Shown in pieces: positions 38,326 through 50,187 of a DNA stretch of 64,000 nucleotides. The stretch's first letter is position 1; the number at the start of each line of letters is the position of its first letter. Under the pieces are notes generated by a model. It was not told the origin of the DNA. It made no database searches and worked only from the letters and a program-made list of their open reading frames with translations. Made by a program: the position numbers and the translations under genes. Source of the DNA: Candidatus Fermentibacteraceae bacterium (GTDB taxonomy: Bacteria; Fermentibacterota; Fermentibacteria; Fermentibacterales; JCC-6); NCBI GenBank assembly GCA_041750285.1, contig JBGSZS010000018.1:231745-295744 (forward strand), read 5' to 3'.

Positions 38326-39120
38326 ATGGCGGATCAGGACAAAGTGCGTGACTTCATCAGGGATGCCCACAGGAACGCTGTGTCAGGAAACCGCGGGCGT
38401 GCACTCGAGCTCATAAGAAAGGCTCTTTCCCTCGATCCGGATGAGCGCGTGATCACCGAGACCATACTCGCAATGGAGCAGGGCGAACCTTCCCCGAAAC
38501 CCCGCCCCGCGCCGGTCATACCGGACCCTGTCAGGCTTTCCGAAAGGACTGATCCAATGGCCATCGATCCAAAGCTGGAAAAAGCACTCGACCTCTCCGA
38601 ACAATGCCGGCGGTCCGGCGAAAACAACAAAGCGCTGGCTTACCTGAAGAAGGCGAAGGTCCTTTTCCCCGACAACCCGGTCGTGGAGGAGCGGCTCACG
38701 GCCCTGACATCGTGCCTGCAGGCCGAGACACTCATCTGCGTCGCCAGGAAACGCATGGACCAGGGGGAGATGCAGAAGGCCGTCATGGCGGCGAGGCAGG
38801 CCTTTGCCGTTCTTCCCGACGCTCCCGGGCTATGCGAGCTTCTTACAGACCTCGAGGCCATTTCAAGGAACTCGCCCAACGTGCAGTTCGAAGGCGAGTA
38901 CCGCCACGACATAGACCTGAACGACGGGGAAGACCTTGAAGACTACGACGACACACAGGACTCGGTCGATGACTTCATTGAACGGATCAGGCAGCTGGTG
39001 AGGGATGACCGCTGGGACGAGGCCGCAATCCTCGTGGAACAGGGCGTTGCAGACTTCCCGGACAACGAGCTTCTCGAAACGTTCAAGGTCAAGTTCAAGC
39101 GTCTGGGCTTTTTGACCTGA
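38326..39120 (+). CDS. TPR-like repeat protein with an acidic C-terminal region, hypothetical
   Basis: Helical repeat pattern and a D/E-rich segment. No catalytic motif. Confidence 0.5.
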   Translation: MADQDKVRDFIRDAHRNAVSGNRGRALELIRKALSLDPDERVITETILAMEQGEPSPKPRPAPVIPDPVRLSERTDPMAIDPKLEKALDLSEQCRRSGENNKALAYLKKAKVLFPDNPVVEERLTALTSCLQAETLICVARKRMDQGEMQKAVMAARQAFAVLPDAPGLCELLTDLEAISRNSPNVQFEGEYRHDIDLNDGEDLEDYDDTQDSVDDFIERIRQLVRDDRWDEAAILVEQGVADFPDNELLETFKVKFKRLGFLT

Positions 39121-39147
39121 GCCTTCCACGAAGCCCCGGATCGGGAT

Positions 39148-39327
39148 CTATCCGCTGAAAAAACCCGGCACGCAGGTGAGGAGCACTCCAACGACCAGGG
39201 CCGCCACCCCGGCCACGAACAGGGCGCCGGCAAGCACTCCGTGAAAACGCTTCCTGCCCATCATCACAAAGCCCACTGACGCAGCTGCAAGCCCGGGGAC
39301 AACCAGGGCAAGGTATCCGAGATTCAC
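39148..39327 (-). CDS. Small (59 aa) two-TM membrane protein, hypothetical
   Basis: My own translation from a GTG start: MNLGYLALVVPGLAAASVGFVMMGRKRFHGVLAGALFVAGVAALVVGVLLTCVPGFFSG. GGAGG lies 7 nt upstream. Absent from the ORF track because it is below the track's ORF size cutoff. Confidence 0.35.
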   Translation of the reverse strand: MNLGYLALVVPGLAAASVGFVMMGRKRFHGVLAGALFVAGVAALVVGVLLTCVPGFFSG

Positions 39328-39384
39328 CGGCAGACCTCCATGTGTAACTGACCGATCCGAAATATAGCCTTTTCCCGTGACCCG

Positions 39385-40383
39385 CTACCTGCCCGTGCTC
39401 CTGACCTGTTCCCAGAGAGCCTTCTCCCCGGGTGACAGGCCAGTGGGTATGCCCACGACAACGTGAACGAGCTGGTCGCCCTGAATGCCCCTTTGCACTG
39501 CTCCGCGGCCCCTGATCCTCATTACGGTGCCGGGCTGGGTTCCTTCGGGAACCTTGAGCCGCACCTTTCCGTCAAGCGTCCTTACCATGACCCTGGTTCC
39601 CAGGACGGCCTGCGCGGCAGTGATCCGCACGTCGCAGTGAATGTCGCGTCCATCCCTGCGCAGGAACCTGTCGGGAAGCACCCTGATCATCGCCTGCACG
39701 GTACCGCCGGCAGTCTGAATCCGCAGGACGCTTCCGTCCTCCACGCCTGCCGGAACGGTGACGGTAACCCTGTCGTTCGAGCCCGCCATGCCGGTTCCCC
39801 CGCAGGCTGCGCAGCGATTCGACAGCGTGTACCCCCTGCCTCCGCAGTTCTGGCATGGGTGGCTGGTGGAGAACAGCCCATGGCCGCTGGTCATCCTGCC
39901 GCTTCCGCCGCATGAGGCACAGGTTTCGCGGCCCGTCCCGCCGACTCCGCCGCAAGCGCTGCACTCAACGGGAACGTTGAGCACCGCCTCGACGGAACCT
40001 CCCCTCGCTGCCGTGGCGAAGGGAACGGCAAGGTCGACAGTGGGTTGCGGCCGTCTGGCCCGGCTGCCGAACCCGCCTCCGAATATGCCGCTGAGTATGT
40101 CGCCGAGTCCCCCGAAGCCTCCCTCGAAGTCCCCCCCGGGCATCCCGTCCTGGCCGAAGAATGTTCCACCGCCTTTTTTGGCGGCATCGTACCTGGCCCT
40201 TTTTCCGGGGTCACCAACGACGTCGTAGGCGTCCTGGATCTCCTTGAAGCGCTCTTCGGCTGCCCTGTCCCCGGGGTTGGCGTCAGGATGGTACTTCTTT
40301 GCGAGCTTCCTGTAGGCCTTCTTTATCTCGTCCTGACCGGCGTCTTCCGAAACCCCGAGGATCGAATAGGGATCCCTATTCAC
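39385..40383 (-). CDS. dnaJ: Molecular chaperone DnaJ
   Basis: J domain with HPD, a G/F region, four CxxCxGxG repeats and a C-terminal domain. Confidence 0.9.
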   Translation of the reverse strand: MNRDPYSILGVSEDAGQDEIKKAYRKLAKKYHPDANPGDRAAEERFKEIQDAYDVVGDPGKRARYDAAKKGGGTFFGQDGMPGGDFEGGFGGLGDILSGIFGGGFGSRARRPQPTVDLAVPFATAARGGSVEAVLNVPVECSACGGVGGTGRETCASCGGSGRMTSGHGLFSTSHPCQNCGGRGYTLSNRCAACGGTGMAGSNDRVTVTVPAGVEDGSVLRIQTAGGTVQAMIRVLPDRFLRRDGRDIHCDVRITAAQAVLGTRVMVRTLDGKVRLKVPEGTQPGTVMRIRGRGAVQRGIQGDQLVHVVVGIPTGLSPGEKALWEQVRSTGR

Positions 40384-40991
40384 CGTCCCCTCCGACCTCC
40401 CTCTTCAGCCCCCGGATGACCTTGACCCTGACCGGTCTGATAAGGTCCTGCCCCAGCCTGTACCCCTTCTGAAGGACCAGTTTCACTGCGTCGGAAGCCT
40501 CTTCCTCGGAGTCTTCAGCCATCATGGCCTCGTGGATGTTGGGGTCGAAGGGATCGCCCCGCGATGTTTCGACCTCGCTGAGCCCCTCCTTCTGAAGAAG
40601 GGATTCGAGGTGGGTGCCTATCTGAAGCAGCCCCGCAATGATCTCGCTCTCGGGGTGGCTTCCGTCCAGGGTTTCACGGGCCCTGTCGAAGTTGTCCAGA
40701 ACGGAGAGGAGCTCGGTCATCAGCTGCCTTCTGCCCTGGCTGATGAGGCGGTTGAAATCCCGGGCCTGCCTTTTCCTGTAGTTGTCGAACTCGGCTGCCA
40801 GACGTTTGTAGTCCTCCATGAGGCTGTTGTAGTCTTCGAGGGAGACCGGCGCGCCTTCTTCGTGGGATTGCTCCGCCTGCGGCGCGGCGGCAAGGTCCTG
40901 CAACGCCTCGATCATCTCATCGTTCTCGGCGCCGCGCCTTTGGGGTCCGGTGCTCCTTCTGGGGTCGTCGCCGGAGAGCTTCGTCTTACCG

Positions 40992-41005
<14 letters not shown>
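40376..41005 (-). CDS. grpE: Nucleotide exchange factor GrpE
   Basis: Internal start MSRRSGKT. Its ATG lies within the last codons of dnaK. GrpE signature [12 protein letters not shown]...[12 protein letters not shown]. Confidence 0.85.
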
Positions 41006-42899
<1,894 letters not shown>

Positions 42900-43005
42900 T
42901 TCAGTCCTCCGTTCCTTCGGGTTCCAAAATCTTCGCCATATCAGGAAGCACGGGGGCTCCTGACGGCACGATTACTGACATGCATAAAAGCAACATGCTT
43001 GCCAC

Positions 43006-43054
43006 TTGCCGCAATGTGGCGCATAAGATTGCGCTGTATTGTTTTATGCGGCAA
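43006..43054. promoter_or_regulatory. Nested inverted repeats in the dnaK/uvrA divergent intergenic region (candidate operator)
   Basis: TTGCCGCA atgtg GCGCA-taagat-TGCGC tgtattgtttta TGCGGCAA. An outer 8-bp IR encloses an inner 5-bp IR. No CIRCE or HAIR consensus. Confidence 0.4.
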
Positions 43055-43162
43055 CAAGCTTCTCCCCGGCACATGCGCCGCTTTTTCGTGGGGTCTTTGT
43101 GGCACGCAATTCCGTATCGGGGGTATATTTTTCCGATTATCCCGGGAAGGCGGTCCGGTTTT

Positions 43163-46006
43163 TTGAATGAACACACCATCAGGGTCAGGGGCGCCAGGGT
43201 TCACAACCTGAACAGCGTCTCAGTGGACATTCCCCGGAACAGGCTCGTTGTACTGAGCGGCGTTTCAGGCTCGGGCAAAAGTTCGTTCGCCTTCGACACT
43301 CTCTACGCCGAAGGGCAGCGCCGCTACATCGAGTCGCTCTCCGCCTACGCCCGGCAGTTCCTGGGTCAGATGGACAAACCCGACTACGACTCGATCGAAG
43401 GCCTATCCCCCGCCATTGCCATCGAACAGAAAACGGTGAGCCACAACCCCCGCTCAACGGTGGGTACCGTCACCGAGATAGCCGACTACCTTCGGGTGCT
43501 TTTCGCCAGGGTGGGCGAACCCCATTGTCCCACATGCGGAAGGCCGGTCTCCTCCCAGACCGTTCAGCAGATGACCGACACGATCCTCAGAATGCCGCAG
43601 GGCACCCGGATCATGGTTGCAGCCCCTGTAGTGCTGAACAGGAAGGGCGCCCGGGCCGACCTCATCACCGACATCAGGAAAAAGGGCTTCGTAAGGGTCA
43701 TCCTCGACGGTGTTGTGACCCAGATAGACGACCTCAGGCAGCTCGACCCAAAAAAGCGACACTCCCTGCACATCGTGGTGGACAGGATCCAGGTGGGTCC
43801 CGGCATCGAGAGCCGCCTGGCCGACTCGGTCGAAACCGCCGTGAAGGAGGGAGAGGGGATACTTGCGGTGATCGACGCCGACACCGGCGAGGAGACCCTG
43901 ATGAGCGAGAAGAGCGCGTGCGTCGTCTGCGGCGTCAGCATGCCAGAGCTGACCCCCCAGCTCTTCAGCTTCAACAATCCCGCGGGAATGTGCCGGAGCT
44001 GTTCGGGGCTGGGTTTCCAGATAAGGGTCGACCCCGATCTCGTCATCCCCCGGCCCGCCCTTTCAATAAGGGACGGCGCAGTTGCGCCCTGGGGCATTCC
44101 ACACGGGTGGGTATCGGCGGCACTGAAGAGCCTGGCCCGCGAATTCGACTTCAACGTGGGCACTCCCTGGAAAAGGCTTTCACAGGAGACGAAAGACCTG
44201 ATCCTGTACGGCTCGGGTGACAGGCCAGTGAGGTTCGACTGGCAGGGTTCGTCAAGCCAGGGCAGCTGGACCGGACCCTTCGAAGGCGTCATCCCCCGAC
44301 TGGAAAGGCTTCAGCGAAGCACCAGCAGCGAGGGCATGAGGGAGCAGTACGAAAAATACTTCAGGCGCTACACCTGTGATGAATGCGGTGGCACCAGGCT
44401 TCGTCCCGAATCCCGTGCCGTCCTTTTCTGCGGAGTCTCCATGGCCCGGGTTTCCTCCATGACCGTCGGCGAGGCCGACGCCTTCTTCGGCTCGCTGAAG
44501 CTCGACCCGGCACGGGCGCTCATCGCCACAGGCCTTCTCAAGGAGATCTCCGCCAGGCTCGGTTTCCTGAGGGACGTGGGCCTGCACTACCTGGCACTCG
44601 ACAGACCGGCCCCGACCCTCGCAGGAGGAGAATCCCAGCGGATAAGGCTGGCCAGCCAGATCGGCAGCGGGCTCACCGGTGTGCTCTACGTTCTGGACGA
44701 GCCAACCGTGGGGCTGCACCCCCGCGACACCTCACGACTGGTGTCCACCCTTGAACACCTGAGAGACCTCGAGAACACGGTTCTTGTCGTCGAACACGAT
44801 CCCGAGACACTGCTGAAGGCCGACCACATACTCGATTTCGGCCCCGGAGCCGGAACAAGCGGGGGCAACCTGATCGCCCAGGGCACGCCGCGCGAGATAA
44901 TGGACAACCCGGCCTCCATAACCGGCGACTACCTCTCGGGCAGGAAGACCATCGTCAGGCTCGCTTCACCAAGAAAGCATTCCCATGGCACTCTTAAGAT
45001 CAGGGGCGCTTCACTTCACAACCTGAAGAACGTCGACCTGTCAATTCCCCTGGGCAAGATGGTGTGCATCACGGGTGTTTCAGGTTCAGGCAAGAGCAGC
45101 CTCATAACCCAGACGCTCTACCCCGCCGTAGCCTCGGCCCTGGGAACCGGCTCCGCCAGCCTCAGACCGGGCCCGTTCACTGAGATGACCGGAATCGAAA
45201 AGGTGGACAAGGTGATCTGCATCTCCCAGGACCCGATAGGAAGGACCCCCAGGTCCAACCCCGCCACATACACCAAAACCTTCGACTCCATAAGGAACCT
45301 CTTTGCAGAGCTTCCGGAATCCAAGGTGCGCGGATACAAGCCCGGAAGGTTCAGTTTCAACGTGAAGGGCGGCCGGTGCGAAGACTGCGGGGGAGCGGGT
45401 GTCAAAAGGATAGAGATGCACTTTCTGCCCGACGTCTACGTGGAATGCGACACCTGCCACGGCCTCAGGTTCAACAGGGAGACGCTCAGGGTCAGGTTCA
45501 GGAACTACAGCATATCCGACATCCTGAACCTCACCGTCGACGACGCCATGACCCTTTTCGAACGCATCCCGCAGGTGTCAAGCACTATAAAGGTGCTTTC
45601 GGACGTTGGGCTTGGCTACATCAGGCTGGGGCAGCCCGCCACGACCCTGTCCGGTGGCGAAGCGCAAAGGGTCAAACTGGCCAGGGAGCTGGCAAGGCCC
45701 TCGACGACCCACACGCTCTACATCCTCGACGAGCCCACCACGGGCCTCCATCCGCACGACGTGAACAGGCTCCTCATCGTGCTCGACCGTCTCGTGAACG
45801 CCGGCAACACCGTGATAGTCATCGAGCACAACCTGGATGTGGTGAAGAACGCGGACTGGATAGTGGACCTCGGCCCCGAAGGCGGTGACGGCGGCGGAAT
45901 GATAATCGCCACGGGAACACCCGAAGACATTACCGCGCACCCCGGGTCGCCCACCGGCCACTACCTGGCCCGGGTCATCGAGCGCGCGTCAAAGACGGAA
46001 GTCTAA
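43163..46006 (+). CDS. uvrA: Excinuclease ABC subunit A
   Basis: The TTG start gives [17 protein letters not shown]. Two ABC ATPase modules (GVSGSGKSS twice), zinc fingers and LSGGE signatures. 947 aa. Confidence 0.9.
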   Translation: MNEHTIRVRGARVHNLNSVSVDIPRNRLVVLSGVSGSGKSSFAFDTLYAEGQRRYIESLSAYARQFLGQMDKPDYDSIEGLSPAIAIEQKTVSHNPRSTVGTVTEIADYLRVLFARVGEPHCPTCGRPVSSQTVQQMTDTILRMPQGTRIMVAAPVVLNRKGARADLITDIRKKGFVRVILDGVVTQIDDLRQLDPKKRHSLHIVVDRIQVGPGIESRLADSVETAVKEGEGILAVIDADTGEETLMSEKSACVVCGVSMPELTPQLFSFNNPAGMCRSCSGLGFQIRVDPDLVIPRPALSIRDGAVAPWGIPHGWVSAALKSLAREFDFNVGTPWKRLSQETKDLILYGSGDRPVRFDWQGSSSQGSWTGPFEGVIPRLERLQRSTSSEGMREQYEKYFRRYTCDECGGTRLRPESRAVLFCGVSMARVSSMTVGEADAFFGSLKLDPARALIATGLLKEISARLGFLRDVGLHYLALDRPAPTLAGGESQRIRLASQIGSGLTGVLYVLDEPTVGLHPRDTSRLVSTLEHLRDLENTVLVVEHDPETLLKADHILDFGPGAGTSGGNLIAQGTPREIMDNPASITGDYLSGRKTIVRLASPRKHSHGTLKIRGASLHNLKNVDLSIPLGKMVCITGVSGSGKSSLITQTLYPAVASALGTGSASLRPGPFTEMTGIEKVDKVICISQDPIGRTPRSNPATYTKTFDSIRNLFAELPESKVRGYKPGRFSFNVKGGRCEDCGGAGVKRIEMHFLPDVYVECDTCHGLRFNRETLRVRFRNYSISDILNLTVDDAMTLFERIPQVSSTIKVLSDVGLGYIRLGQPATTLSGGEAQRVKLARELARPSTTHTLYILDEPTTGLHPHDVNRLLIVLDRLVNAGNTVIVIEHNLDVVKNADWIVDLGPEGGDGGGMIIATGTPEDITAHPGSPTGHYLARVIERASKTEV

Positions 46007-46175
46007 AACAGGCTCCCACTTCATCCGCTGTTTCATGGAGCGACGAACGGGAACATTGAAAGCCTCTTCATGACTATTGCCTCGTGGCGGATGACTTGAA
46101 CGGGGAAGCTGAGGATTTACGCTTTCCCGGGTGAGGGGATTGGCCGGGCAACCACTGATCGTGCGGAGGAACGAA

Positions 46176-46547
46176 ATGATCTCGAGAACTGCTGCCCTTC
46201 TTGGTGTTCTTCTTGTTTCGGCCGGCTGCGGGAGTTCACCCAGTGACCCGGGAACCCAGGAACAGGGACCCGCGCTTGTCAGCCCCACTGACGGGGCTTC
46301 CGAGACCGGTCCCGAAGTGACTTTTGCCTGGGATGCGGTGACAGGAGCCACAAAGTACTATCACCAGGTTGCTTCAAACGCCTCGATGCAGAATCCTCTG
46401 GAAACCGTTGTCACCTCGACAGCGGCGACTGTCAGTCCGGGTGCTGCCGGAACATGGTGGTGGAGGGTTCGTGCTTCGGTATCGGGCCAATCCACCTACA
46501 CGCCGTGGTCGGCAATCTGGTCATTCACTCTGAACCAGCTACCCTGA
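46176..46547 (+). CDS. Small lipoprotein with an FN3/Ig-like domain, hypothetical
   Basis: MISRTAALLGVLLVSAGCG (lipobox) with a GGAGGA RBS. A TFAWDAVTGATKYY...WWWRVRA beta-sandwich pattern. Confidence 0.55.
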   Translation: MISRTAALLGVLLVSAGCGSSPSDPGTQEQGPALVSPTDGASETGPEVTFAWDAVTGATKYYHQVASNASMQNPLETVVTSTAATVSPGAAGTWWWRVRASVSGQSTYTPWSAIWSFTLNQLP

Positions 46548-48161
46548 GTTCGTCCTTCCTGAAGGATCTGCCGGCTGTTCACCGTATGCTGCCAGACCCG
46601 ACAACGACTTCAGCTGCCAGACCTGGTTGGTCCCGAAATCGCATACGTACTCGTACCTGTCAAGGAAACTGCTGTCCCGAAAGACAAAGCTCTCCTCCCA
46701 TTCCAGGAAGTACGCCACATCCCGGGATTCGAGGTACTGCCCGTAGTGCCCCGCGGGAAGCCCGAGTATCTCGGTATTCACCTTTCCGTCGGTATTGATG
46801 GTCCTGTCATGAAAATAGCCAAGCGTGCCCGACTGGCTGGCCCCGACCCATGTGTCCACGGAGACGTTCTCCCTGACCCAGCCCCAGTGGTACAGGTACA
46901 TGGGGTTGTATGGCTCTGAATAGGTGGAAACGGTAACCGCAAGGTTGAACAGAATCCCGCCGGCGAGCACTACCACGGTGTACCTGTCGCGAAGACGGTC
47001 CAGAACGGAGGCAAGAACGGCGACCGCCGCTATCGAGACAGGTATCAGGTACCGGTTCATGTACCACTCCACATTGAAGAAAAGCACGTAGAACAGAAAC
47101 AGCCCGAGCAGGAACAATGGGAAGAACGAAAGGTCCCTCCATGGGAGCATCTTCCGGAACTCACTTCCCTTGATGGTCCTTGATGCCATGAACGCGAACA
47201 CCGCCACTGCAGCGGCCTTGACGGCAAGCAGGGCGACCGATCTCACCGTGACGGAATATATGGCGCGCAACGGCACCCAGAGTACGAACGTGAGGTTGTC
47301 CAGTGTTACATGCGCTGCGTACCACAGGTTTCTCAGGATCTCGGGAATGATTGTCGAGGCATCAGCGGTGCGGCCCATTGTCTGCACCAGCCCGGAGATC
47401 GGCAGTGGGTTGCCGGTGAGCCCGATGTTGTAAAGCCACCAGGGCAGCGTGGCAAGCGCCCAGCCGGCAGCCCAGCGTAGCGGTCCCGAAACGAACCTTC
47501 GGAAGGCCCCTCTCTCCCCCCCTCCTTCCGCCGGTCCCGCAATGAACACGTAGTGTATGGCCAGTGCGGCGGCGAACAGGCCCGAATCGATCCTGGTCAG
47601 CGTGACGATTCCAAGGAAGACGCCGAACAGGACACCTGCAGGAAGACCGGGTCTGGCCCTGGCAGCGAAGCGCAGGTAGAGAATGGCTGCCAGCATGAGC
47701 ATCAGAAGGTAAAGGCCGGTCTCAAGACCGTTGGTGCTCTCCTTCATGATGTTGTACGAGCAGGCCCAGAGTGCGGCCGCGATCCATGCGGCCCGTCTGC
47801 GGCCCGTCAGGTAACGGATCAGGCCGAACACCGACACAACTCCCAATAGATGGATCATCAGATGAAGGCCGTGCACCAGCCTGAGAGCCTGGTACCTGTC
47901 CGGTGTCACGAGGTAGAGCAGTGAGCAGAGAAAGACGAAAACCGGTTGTATCCCGTTCGTCGGGATCTCGCCGTCGGATACGGAAAGCCCCTTTCCGATG
48001 GCCAGATTTCTGGACACGGTGAGCCCGTAGAATCCGTCATCCCGAAAAGGCCTGTCCGCAAGCATTTCAGTGGGTCTGAAAATCAGGGCGACATGAATGA
48101 GCATTCCGACGGCAAAATTGACAAGTATCATGAATCGGGGCAGCCGGCTCACGGTTTTCAT
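46539..48161 (-). CDS. GT-C fold membrane glycosyltransferase (family 39 / ArnT / PMT-like)
   Basis: More than 10 TM helices, an N-terminal DxD-like region and overall resemblance to dolichyl-phosphate-mannose-protein mannosyltransferase-like proteins. Internal start MKTVSRL with a GGAGAG RBS. Confidence 0.55.
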   Translation of the reverse strand: MKTVSRLPRFMILVNFAVGMLIHVALIFRPTEMLADRPFRDDGFYGLTVSRNLAIGKGLSVSDGEIPTNGIQPVFVFLCSLLYLVTPDRYQALRLVHGLHLMIHLLGVVSVFGLIRYLTGRRRAAWIAAALWACSYNIMKESTNGLETGLYLLMLMLAAILYLRFAARARPGLPAGVLFGVFLGIVTLTRIDSGLFAAALAIHYVFIAGPAEGGGERGAFRRFVSGPLRWAAGWALATLPWWLYNIGLTGNPLPISGLVQTMGRTADASTIIPEILRNLWYAAHVTLDNLTFVLWVPLRAIYSVTVRSVALLAVKAAAVAVFAFMASRTIKGSEFRKMLPWRDLSFFPLFLLGLFLFYVLFFNVEWYMNRYLIPVSIAAVAVLASVLDRLRDRYTVVVLAGGILFNLAVTVSTYSEPYNPMYLYHWGWVRENVSVDTWVGASQSGTLGYFHDRTINTDGKVNTEILGLPAGHYGQYLESRDVAYFLEWEESFVFRDSSFLDRYEYVCDFGTNQVWQLKSLSGLAAYGEQPADPSGRTNSG

Positions 48162-48242
48162 CACACTCTCCATTCAGGAAGAAGCGGATCTCCGTTCAAC
48201 CGCACCAACGGCAATAATCGTTCGTAAATCATATACTATGTA

Positions 48243-48271
48243 TTTATAGTTGTACATGTCTTCAAAGACAA
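48243..48271 (-). promoter_or_regulatory. Sigma-70-like promoter in an AT-rich island upstream of the GT-C gene
   Basis: Minus-sense TTGTCT, 17-nt spacer, TATAAA(T). Local GC is far below the window mean. Confidence 0.45.
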
Positions 48272-48323
48272 TATGACCTGAATCCGGTACCCGCTCCTTC
48301 CCGGGAATCAGTTGACTGTCGTT

Positions 48324-49097
48324 TCAGACGGGGATGGAGACGGGCGGATCGCCCTGGACCTCGATGTCCGGCAGCATGGTGAGGTTGCGGGGCACGCCCC
48401 GGGGAGCCAGGGCCTGGGCGGGGTCGGGGATCAGGCCGGTGGCATAGCCCAGCCTGCTCATTGCGAGCGGGGAAGCGACAATGATAACGCCCTTCCGGCT
48501 GCCGGCCGCGAGGCGGTGGAGTTCCGCGGCGAGCGGCATGATGCCGGTGTGATGCCTGATGGAGTCGGCGTAGAAGCTTCTGGCCCGGCCCGAGAGGATG
48601 TCTTCCGAGAATGTCGTCTGACGTGCACCAACATCGCCGACGAGAACCGATGTCCTGACCACGAGGGCGTCGGGGTTGTGCCTTGTAACCGCGATGTCCC
48701 CAAGAAGCTTGGTCCAGCCGTAGAAGGACATCGGCACTGCCGGCGAGTTCCTTTTGTAGGGAGGAATGCCGCCCGACCAGACAAGGTCGGTGGAAACATG
48801 AAGCATTCTGATGCGGTTCTCCCTGCAGTAAAAAGCGAGTTCGCCGGGCCAGACGCTGTTGAGCAGGAAGGCCCGCACAGGGTCGGCAAGGCATCCGCCC
48901 GTGGAACTTTCCGCAGCGCAGTTTATCACTGCACCGGCGCCTTCCGGCAGCAGGGCTTCCGGAGGGGTTGTCGTGAGGTCGGCCCCAATGGTTCCCGAAT
49001 CACCGCTTCGGCTCAGGCAGAGAAGGCTGCCGCCCCGCGATGTTCTTCGCAGGGCGGTGCCGAGTCTGCCTGTGGCGCCGAAGAGGACCGTTGTCAC
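48324..49097 (-). CDS. NAD(P)-dependent sugar-nucleotide reductase/epimerase (dTDP-4-dehydrorhamnose reductase RmlD-like)
   Basis: The GTG start gives MTTVLFGATGRLG (Rossmann GxxGxxG). Short-chain RmlD-like length. Start lies 1 nt after the hflC stop. Confidence 0.55.
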   Translation of the reverse strand: MTTVLFGATGRLGTALRRTSRGGSLLCLSRSGDSGTIGADLTTTPPEALLPEGAGAVINCAAESSTGGCLADPVRAFLLNSVWPGELAFYCRENRIRMLHVSTDLVWSGGIPPYKRNSPAVPMSFYGWTKLLGDIAVTRHNPDALVVRTSVLVGDVGARQTTFSEDILSGRARSFYADSIRHHTGIMPLAAELHRLAAGSRKGVIIVASPLAMSRLGYATGLIPDPAQALAPRGVPRNLTMLPDIEVQGDPPVSIPV

Positions 49098-49098
49098 C

Positions 49099-50187
49099 CT
49101 AGTCCTGGAAGCGCCCGGGAGTCGAGAGGAGAAGGTTGAAAACACCCTCGGTGCTCAGTACCGCGGCATCGGTGGAATCGATGACCGCCTCGAGGGCTTC
49201 GAGTGACCGCGTGAACCTGTAGAAGTCGGGGTAGGCCTGGTAGGCCCTGGCGTAGATGGCAGCGGCGGTGCTGTCGGCCCTTCCCTGGATTGCCAGGGCG
49301 AGCCTCTGGGCCTGGCTCGAGATGCTGTCCACCTTCAGGTCCGTCTCGGCGAGAATGGTTCTGGCCATGCGGTGACCCTCGGCCCTGTACCTTGTGGAGA
49401 TGCGGTTCCTCTCCGCCTGCATCCTTGAAAACACCGCGGCCTGATTCTCGGCGGGCAGGTCCGCCCTCTTGATCCTAATGTCCACGATGTGGATGCCGTA
49501 CTGCGAGGCCAGCCTGCGGCTGTTCTCGGTGACCCTGTTCAGTATCACCTCGCGGCCCTCGCCTGCCGGAACCCTGAGCATGGGAATGATCTCGACGACC
49601 TCGCCGTCGGCCATGATGATGTCTCGGGTGGAGTCGGACAGGGTCATGCTGTTCACGAGCTGAACGTAGGAGTTGAGACCGACAGGGTCGTTGGTGCTGC
49701 GAACGATGTTGATGAGGTCGCTTTTGCCCAGTTCCTGCCTGAGTTCGGAGTAGATGACGTCATCCAGCCTGTCGAGCGCCTCCCTCTCCGTTCGCACGCT
49801 CTGGAGGAAAAGAAGGGGGTTCTGAATCCGCCACCTGGCGTAGCAGTCGGCCTGAATGTGCTTCTTGTCTCGGGTGACGACATCGGCGGGGTCGTCGTCG
49901 TATTCGAGCACACGGTCGTCGAGGATGGTCACCTGCTGAAGGAACGGAACCTTGACGTAAAGCCCGGCGCCTTCGGTCAGGGAAACATCGGGGGCGTTGG
50001 CGTCCATCCACTGCTGAAGCGCAGCCAGTTCATCATCGGTCCGGTTGCCCACGATTACCCGGATGGGTTTTCCCAACTGCAGGACCACTGCCTGCTGTGT
50101 CTCGTTCACTATGAAGAGGGTACCGGTGAGCACCATTATCGCGACCGTGACAACGATCACGATCAGGCATCCGCTGAACTTCCTCAT
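49099..50187 (-). CDS. hflC: Protease modulator HflC (SPFH/band 7)
   Basis: N-terminal TM helix and an SPFH domain. Paired with hflK upstream, with a 4-nt overlap. Confidence 0.8.
   Translation of the reverse strand: MRKFSGCLIVIVVTVAIMVLTGTLFIVNETQQAVVLQLGKPIRVIVGNRTDDELAALQQWMDANAPDVSLTEGAGLYVKVPFLQQVTILDDRVLEYDDDPADVVTRDKKHIQADCYARWRIQNPLLFLQSVRTEREALDRLDDVIYSELRQELGKSDLINIVRSTNDPVGLNSYVQLVNSMTLSDSTRDIIMADGEVVEIIPMLRVPAGEGREVILNRVTENSRRLASQYGIHIVDIRIKRADLPAENQAAVFSRMQAERNRISTRYRAEGHRMARTILAETDLKVDSISSQAQRLALAIQGRADSTAAAIYARAYQAYPDFYRFTRSLEALEAVIDSTDAAVLSTEGVFNLLLSTPGRFQD

Noticed and set aside
43100-43115. Sigma-54 promoter (TGGCAC) upstream of uvrA
   Set aside because: The -24 element is present, but the -12 TTGC is replaced by TCCG.
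42900-43162. CIRCE or HAIR heat-shock operators upstream of dnaK
   Set aside because: Neither consensus occurs. Different inverted repeats are present and I report them as a finding.
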